DNA of 41,822 nt from Rhodobacterales bacterium (GTDB taxonomy: Bacteria > Pseudomonadota > Alphaproteobacteria > Rhodobacterales > Rhodobacteraceae): contig JANXPK010000165.1 in NCBI GenBank assembly GCA_025357355.1, positions 1 to 41,822 of the forward strand, written 5' to 3'. A program made the position numbers and the translations under genes. The notes beneath the pieces were generated by a model. That model was given only the letters and a program-made list of their open reading frames with translations. It had not been told where the DNA came from and did no database searches. This document shows, piece by piece, positions 37,249-41,822 of the stretch (the first letter of the stretch is position 1; every line of letters starts with the position of its first letter).

Positions 37249-37769
37249 CACGCGGCATCCTTTTCGGGCATGGGGGTGGGAGACAGAAAGTTCGTCAGGG
37301 CGTATTGTTCGCCACTGGGGAGGGTCCAACGATAGTCGACAGATGCCACGCGCCCCGCGAATTGCTGCAAGACCACATCGGGGCCCGGATGATCCGAGCC
37401 CATCAGGAGAGAATCCATGGCAACCTCATCCGGCATGGCTGGAGCTTTCGGCGAGGCCCAGATCATCGGAATGGTCTGGTACCTGGAAAAGGACTATCCG
37501 GCAGTTCTGAAGGTCATGGCGGATGCCAACCTGCTGCCCCTCACCTTCAAACTGTGGCAGGACAAAGCGAAGCGCAGCGAAAGCGATCTCCGCACCACGG
37601 GCAAGGTCGTGGTGCGCGCCATAATCGACCCAGCCACATTCCCCACCTGGTGCTTTGGGCGCGGTTTGAAGATCGATGCCAAGGCACGCATGGCCTTCGC
37701 GAACGACTACGCTTACCGCCACGGCCGACACTGAACCATCCATCACGCGGCATCCTCTTGGGGCATGGG
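37243..37769. repeat. 32-bp direct repeat (37243-37274 and 37738-37769, 2 mismatches) flanking an antisense gene
   Basis: ATCCATCACGCGGCATCCT(T/C)TT(C/G)GGGCATGGG at both positions. Confidence 0.9.
37417..37734 (+). CDS. Hypothetical protein, antisense to the leftward operon
   Basis: AGGAG SD; candidate promoter TTCGCC-17-GATAGT at 37308-37336; globular-looking sequence (GMVWY..DY..LPLTF..W..IDP..F..WC). Confidence 0.8.
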   Translation: MATSSGMAGAFGEAQIIGMVWYLEKDYPAVLKVMADANLLPLTFKLWQDKAKRSESDLRTTGKVVVRAIIDPATFPTWCFGRGLKIDAKARMAFANDYAYRHGRH

Positions 37770-38003
37770 TGGGACGGGGGCGGTGGATGCTGGGAGAAAG
37801 CTGAACAGCACCTCGGGGCAATCCATCTCTTTCTCGCTACACATCTGCCTGACTGCCGCAAACCATTTCGCGGGAAACATATTGTCGGTGCAGGCGTTGC
37901 TTACGGCGGTGACACCTACGCCTATCCGCCGCGCGACAGCCTTCCGGCCAAGCGCATCGCAGATGGTAGAAACGGTCTGTGTGGTTTGGTCACCTTCTCT
38001 CAT
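37743..38003 (-). CDS. cro: Cro-like HTH regulator
   Basis: ICDALGRKAVARRIGVGVTAVSNA...FPAKW; divergent from the repressor; promoter placement suggests a leaderless mRNA. Confidence 0.8.
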   Translation of the reverse strand: MREGDQTTQTVSTICDALGRKAVARRIGVGVTAVSNACTDNMFPAKWFAAVRQMCSEKEMDCPEVLFSFLPASTAPVPPMPQEDAA

Positions 38004-38010
38004 GAGTCAA

Positions 38011-38085
38011 TGCATAGTTCACTTGAAATGAACCGGCAAGGTTTATCTCGCTTTCCGTTCACATTAAATGAACCGACGCTATGAT
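38011..38085. promoter_or_regulatory. Divergent cro/cI promoters with two operators
   Basis: GTTCA-N7-TGAAC at 38017-38033 and 38057-38073; TTGCCG-17-TATGCA on - and TTCACA-16-TATGAT on +. Confidence 0.8.
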
Positions 38086-38092
38086 TGCAGCT

Positions 38093-38470
38093 ATGGATAT
38101 TGATGAAAAAGAACGACTTGCACGGCGGGGCGACACGGGCGCGGCCGCATGTGCTATCCGCCTTCGAGCGGCCAGAAAGATGGTCGGGATGGAGCAACAG
38201 GAACTTGCAAAGGTCGGGGGGATCGGAAAATCAGCGCAGGCCAATGCTGAAGCTGGTAGGGCCTATCCAAACATGAATGTCGTTCGCTTCCTCTACCGCC
38301 AGCACCGCATCGACTACAACTTCATCTTGAACGGCGACTTCGCACAGCTTCCCGGCGACGTACAAGATCGCCTTTTCCCTTTCCTCGTTGACGCCACGAA
38401 TGCTTGGGATCAAAAAGAAAATTCAGATCGAAGCCGAGCAAAATCCAAAGCCGCACGAGCAGCCGAATGA
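38093..38470 (+). CDS. cI: CI-like XRE repressor lacking an S24 autoprotease domain
   Basis: RLRAARKMVGMEQQELAKVGGIGKSAQANAEAGRAYP XRE HTH; DYNFILNG. Start 38093 (leaderless) or 38081. Confidence 0.85.
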   Translation: MDIDEKERLARRGDTGAAACAIRLRAARKMVGMEQQELAKVGGIGKSAQANAEAGRAYPNMNVVRFLYRQHRIDYNFILNGDFAQLPGDVQDRLFPFLVDATNAWDQKENSDRSRAKSKAARAAE

Positions 38471-38515
38471 ACATTGTAAAATTTCCCCCCGTTTAGATTG
38501 TGACAACCCTAACAG

Positions 38516-38530
38516 GAACATAATGCGAAC
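38516..38530 (+). promoter_or_regulatory. Alphaproteobacterial LexA (SOS) box
   Basis: GAAC-ATAATGC-GAAC is an exact GAAC-N7-GAAC match and overlaps a CATAAT -10-like hexamer. Confidence 0.65.
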
Positions 38531-38649
38531 GCGACCGCTACTAGTAGTAGTCCAAGGGAGCAACAAGGCCCATCTGGTGTAATAGCTGCCACATCTTGCG
38601 GCGAATCGCTAATTTCTGCAATAACTTGCAACAGTCAAGGGAGGCGACG

Positions 38650-38946
38650 TTGAAAAAATCCACGGTGGCAAGGTTTGGCTTAGTCCTACCAACGATACTT
38701 GGCGCTTTTTTGGCCGGATGTGCGAGTGAACCTCAGCAATCAGTTACGGTCACTGGCTTCGATGGCGAGATCGTCACAATGACCATTTTTTCCGTCACGG
38801 CCTGGAAGGGTGATCCTGACGCGGCATTACTGGCCACTGCCCAACAGACGTGTCGACAAGCTGGAAAGCGCGGCGCAGTCTTTCAACGCTCCCGCGTACA
38901 ACTACTCGGCTGGCTCCCATCGGAGTTTGATTACCGCTGCACATGA
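38650..38946 (+). CDS. Lipoprotein, superinfection-exclusion candidate
   Basis: GGGAGG SD, TTG start, basic then hydrophobic signal peptide, lipobox LAGC; co-directional with cI. Confidence 0.75.
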   Translation: MKKSTVARFGLVLPTILGAFLAGCASEPQQSVTVTGFDGEIVTMTIFSVTAWKGDPDAALLATAQQTCRQAGKRGAVFQRSRVQLLGWLPSEFDYRCT

Positions 38947-38992
38947 TCGCTGCTCTGTTGCAGCCAGTGCGGCGTTTCCGATTCGGCCGATA

Positions 38993-39045
38993 GTTCATTT
39001 TTCGTGAACTTCATAGTTGACGATACACTTTAAATGAACTACATA
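38993..39045 (+). promoter_or_regulatory. Rightward early promoter with two operators
   Basis: GTTCA-N7-TGAAC at 38993-39009; ATACA-N7-TGAAC at 39023-39039 fills the spacer of TTGACG-17-TACATA. Confidence 0.78.
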
Positions 39046-39078
39046 CCGCTCCATCGCAACCCGATGGAGTTCCCCCAG

Positions 39079-39285
39079 ATGCCCGCCAGTCCCACCACGC
39101 TTGCGACCCGCGTCACCCGGCTGACGCAGTCCACATTGGCCAGCGTCAACCGACTTCTTGCCGACCTGCCCCCAGACCATGATGACAAGCACTGGCTGCG
39201 CGCGATGCGCAACCTTTTGGAACGCCATGAGACAATGGCAAATCACCGCCTGCCGCCGGACCGTTCGGCACAGGCGGCGAAATGA
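39079..39285 (+). CDS. Hypothetical protein, first gene of the rightward early operon
   Basis: GGAG SD; directly downstream of the promoter. Confidence 0.65.
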   Translation: MPASPTTLATRVTRLTQSTLASVNRLLADLPPDHDDKHWLRAMRNLLERHETMANHRLPPDRSAQAAK

Positions 39286-39290
39286 ACCGC

Positions 39291-39449
39291 TCAGCCTTGG
39301 TCGCCATACATTTTTTTGGCCACGCGCATGACCGTATTGTTCAGCTGATCGAGCGAGGTCACCGCGCTCGCCAGATCCTCGGCCAGGAAACTGACCTGTT
39401 TGTTCAGCTCTTTCAGCGCGGCAAGGATTGCTGCTTCACCTTCTGTCAT
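39291..39449 (-). CDS. 52-aa coiled-coil protein antisense to the rightward operon (absent from the ORF track)
   Basis: GAAAGGA SD, then MTEGEAAILAALKELNKQVSFLAEDLASAVTSLDQLNNTVMRVAKKMYGDQG*. Confidence 0.7.
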   Translation of the reverse strand: MTEGEAAILAALKELNKQVSFLAEDLASAVTSLDQLNNTVMRVAKKMYGDQG

Positions 39450-39566
39450 TTCCGCTTGTCCTTTCTCGACAGGTGGGAATCGCGGGCCGTGCGCTCGAAT
39501 CGCGCGGCCCGCAGTTTACCCTGCCCCGCCACCGCCTGACCCGCAACATCCCCGATGGAGGCCACC

Positions 39567-39863
39567 GTGCCCAACGCTGCCATCCACATCACCGTCCGTC
39601 TTTTCCGATCCCTCGCCGCGCTTCTGTGGCACGAACTGACCTTGCACCTGCCGCATCGGCGCATTGACCCGCTGCCGCTGGTGCCGCTGACCGAGGCGCA
39701 GTGCATCGCCAATGCCCGCCGGATTGTCCGCGACTTCGCCCATTACGCCGCCGGTCTGGGCCTGGAAGATCAGGTTGAACTGTTCCGCTCTGCCAAGGAC
39801 GTGCTGCGCAGCGCCGAAACCCGTGCCCCGTTCCAGCGCGAATTTCCGGAGGACGCCGCATGA
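39567..39863 (+). CDS. Hypothetical protein
   Basis: GGAGG SD; GTG start; ATGA coupling. Confidence 0.65.
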   Translation: MPNAAIHITVRLFRSLAALLWHELTLHLPHRRIDPLPLVPLTEAQCIANARRIVRDFAHYAAGLGLEDQVELFRSAKDVLRSAETRAPFQREFPEDAA

Positions 39864-40057
39864 AATTTCCCCTTGCCCTGCCGCTTGACACCATGGTCGA
39901 CCGTGCCTGCATCGTCACACCGGGCAACGTGCTGTGTCTGACGGATGCCAGGACCATCCACCGCGGCCCGTTCCTGCTGATCCCGCTGACGACACCACAG
40001 GAAATCACCGCGGCCACCCACTGGGCGGCGCGGCAGCCGGTTGCGGTGCCGGCATGA
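39860..40057 (+). CDS. Hypothetical protein
   Basis: GGAGG SD; ATGA overlaps at both ends. Confidence 0.6.
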   Translation: MKFPLALPLDTMVDRACIVTPGNVLCLTDARTIHRGPFLLIPLTTPQEITAATHWAARQPVAVPA

Positions 40058-40272
40058 CCCGGATTTCGCCCCTGCACGCCGACGACCGCTTTGCCCTGAT
40101 GGACCGCCGCCGCCGCATTCTGCGCTGGCAGGACCGCGCCAGCCGGGTTCTGGTCGCCTCCAGCGTGATAGCCCTCGGTGCCCTGCTCGGCTACCTGTTT
40201 GGCATCAGCGTCACCACCGCCGAAATGATGCCCCGCATCCTTGCCGAAGCCGCCTGCCGCAGCGCCGGCTGA
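40054..40272 (+). CDS. Small single-TM protein
   Basis: VLVASSVIALGALLGYLFGI hydrophobic segment; ATGA coupling. Confidence 0.6.
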   Translation: MTRISPLHADDRFALMDRRRRILRWQDRASRVLVASSVIALGALLGYLFGISVTTAEMMPRILAEAACRSAG

Positions 40273-40382
40273 CCCATCCGGAGCGCGGGCCGGTCGCCTG
40301 TTCATTCCCGCGCGCACTACCTCCCTGTTGGACCTTCACGCCCCGGCCCAAAAACCCGGGGCGTGCTTTTCCGAAAGCCGCC

Positions 40383-40520
40383 ATGCCCGACGCCACGCTG
40401 CACGACAACGGCGAAATTGCTTTTCTGTGCCACGACAATTGTTTGCGCGATAGGGTCGTGCAAGAGCGGTTGGGCCAGATTTGCGCCGACGCTATTAACG
40501 CGGTGGGGGAAGTCCCGTGA
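40383..40520 (+). CDS. Short hypothetical protein (start uncertain)
   Basis: GTGA overlap with the next gene; weak SD. Confidence 0.4.
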   Translation: MPDATLHDNGEIAFLCHDNCLRDRVVQERLGQICADAINAVGEVP

Positions 40521-41146
40521 CCTTCAGCCCCTGGATTGCCCGCAACCCCGTCGACGGCGATGATTGCCCGGTGCCGGGCCAAAAAGTCCAAGCCCATTAC
40601 AGCCTGCAAACTCGTGATCAGGCAGAATTGAGCGCGGTCCAATCCGCCGATGATCTGCCGTGGAACCACAGCGGCAATCCGATCATCGCCTATCGTTGCG
40701 TGATCTGCGAAACCAGCCGCGCCACCCCACTCGTCCCGCCCGCCGTCATGGTTGGCGATGGGGAGGTGGATGCGCTGCTTATCCGTCTAACCGCCCCTCA
40801 TTATTGGATGTCCGGGAGCGACCAAGGGCACGAAGGTGAAAACAGCGCCGCTTACGAAGCCGCCGCCCTGATCGACCGCCTGCGCACCGAACTGATTGAG
40901 GCGCAGGTGGAATTGGCAAAAGCCGATGAAAACATCAACGTTAAAGCGGACTGGATTGACAAGACCATCAACGACATGGCTACGCGGGACGCCACCATCG
41001 CCGCGCTGGAAACGCAGGTGGCGGGGATGCGGGAGGGCGTCTACGGGATTCTGGCCGACATGCCGATCACGACCGAACAATTTGAGCAATTCAGCGCAGT
41101 GCTGGACGTTTCCCTACAGGAGGATCGCACCGATGCAGGTGATTAA
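40517..41146 (+). CDS. Modular hypothetical protein with C-terminal coiled coil
   Basis: DCPV...W...IIAYR module, EAAALIDRLR module, heptad region. Confidence 0.7.
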   Translation: MTFSPWIARNPVDGDDCPVPGQKVQAHYSLQTRDQAELSAVQSADDLPWNHSGNPIIAYRCVICETSRATPLVPPAVMVGDGEVDALLIRLTAPHYWMSGSDQGHEGENSAAYEAAALIDRLRTELIEAQVELAKADENINVKADWIDKTINDMATRDATIAALETQVAGMREGVYGILADMPITTEQFEQFSAVLDVSLQEDRTDAGD

Positions 41147-41322
41147 AGGGGCCGCCGCAATTATGGCCTACGAGGTTTGCATCGCTCATGGCAATCACAA
41201 CAATGCGTCGCTGATAGACCGGGAAGTTCTTATTTGCTGCGAAAAACTATGGGCCATGCAGATTATAATTATGAGGAAGTACCAAGAGGATATCGCCGCC
41301 CTACAGGAGGACCGCACCGATG
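41112..41322 (+). repeat. 24-bp direct repeat containing SD and start codon (41112-41135 and 41299-41322)
   Basis: CCCTACAGGAGGA(T/C)CGCACCGATG, one mismatch. Confidence 0.9.
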
Positions 41323-41327
41323 AATGA
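41133..41327 (+). CDS. Hypothetical protein (AT-rich cassette between the repeats)
   Basis: AGGAGG SD within the repeat; ends ALQEDRTDE. Confidence 0.65.
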   Translation: MQVIKGAAAIMAYEVCIAHGNHNNASLIDREVLICCEKLWAMQIIIMRKYQEDIAALQEDRTDE

Positions 41328-41445
41328 TTGGATAAGCCTCGTGGTGCTTAGTGGCATAATAGCCGCAATAGCCCAATCCAACATGACCGTCTTAGGCCTT
41401 ATTGTCGTCTCGCTCGTTCTTCTGGAGAAATGCCATGTCATCTGA
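41320..41445 (+). CDS. 41-aa hydrophobic membrane peptide (absent from the ORF track)
   Basis: AGGAGG SD; MNDWISLVVLSGIIAAIAQSNMTVLGLIVVSLVLLEKCHVI*. Confidence 0.6.
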   Translation: MNDWISLVVLSGIIAAIAQSNMTVLGLIVVSLVLLEKCHVI

Positions 41446-41785
41446 CTCACCGATGCCGGATAGCCCTCACCCCGCCATGTGGCCCGACTTTACCGCTGCC
41501 AATGCTCTGCCGCCTCTTTCTGACCTGCTTGCGATGGCGCAGCATGAAATGGGAACTTGGCACTTGCACAGTTACGCCCGAAAGCTCGCCGCTGAACTGC
41601 CGGGGATTAGCATGAAACTGGTGCGGTGGAATGACGTAGTTGACGTCGCCAGAGACTTTTATCCCCGCGACGTCGAAGGAGGAATACGTGAGTGCCTTCA
41701 ATCATGTGTTCCGGGCGACCCACAGTATGACGGCAAAACCACTTTGGCCATATCGCTACGGGAGAATTACAAATGGATGCTGTAA
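41435..41785 (+). CDS. Hypothetical protein
   Basis: GGAG SD; overlaps the upstream stop. Confidence 0.6.
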   Translation: MSSDSPMPDSPHPAMWPDFTAANALPPLSDLLAMAQHEMGTWHLHSYARKLAAELPGISMKLVRWNDVVDVARDFYPRDVEGGIRECLQSCVPGDPQYDGKTTLAISLRENYKWML

Positions 41786-41822
41786 ACCCCGCAGACCCGC
41801 GCGTGGAGGTGGTGGGGCTGGT

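Larger units (their letters stand above)
1..41822. mobile_element. Temperate lambda-like siphophage genome, apparently complete, excised and circularly permuted
   Basis: Integration, immunity, replication, packaging, head, tail and lysis modules are all present. No host flank is visible, attP is internal, and the early operon runs across the window ends. Confidence 0.92.

Noticed and set aside
38017-38073. Operators read as LexA boxes
   Set aside because: They are inverted repeats (GTTCA-N7-TGAAC), whereas the alphaproteobacterial SOS box is a direct repeat. Their positions fit phage repressor operators.
36969-38084. 371-aa plus-strand ORF across the cro region
   Set aside because: Arg/His/Gly-rich with no motif, and it overlaps several better-supported genes and the operators.

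Overview
The window looks like an essentially complete, circularly permuted genome (~41.8 kb, GC-rich) of a temperate lambda-like siphophage, probably of an alphaproteobacterial (Rhodobacterales-like) host. It is in the excised state, because an intact attP-like site (3' half of a CAT-anticodon tRNA, arm repeats, IHF box) lies internally next to the tyrosine integrase. A cro/cI switch at ~38 kb has four GTTCA-N7-TGAAC-type operators. A rightward early operon of small genes wraps through the window ends to xis/int. A leftward operon carries HTH regulators, class II ribonucleotide reductase, primase, a P4/D5-type helicase, an iteron-rich origin and a Q-position regulator. A late promoter/terminator, cos-like site, packaging, head, tail and lysis genes, and an extra five-gene structural module follow. 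Most notable: (1) receiver-less CtrA-like, GcrA-like and ChvI-like DNA-binding proteins, suggesting mimicry of host master regulators; (2) three antisense genes nested in the early operons, each bridged by a translationally coupled frame on the operon strand, with short duplicated RBS/gene-end sequences nearby; (3) a perfect alphaproteobacterial LexA box just downstream of a protease-less repressor. All family assignments come from motif recognition by eye and recalled consensus sequences; no database searches were run.
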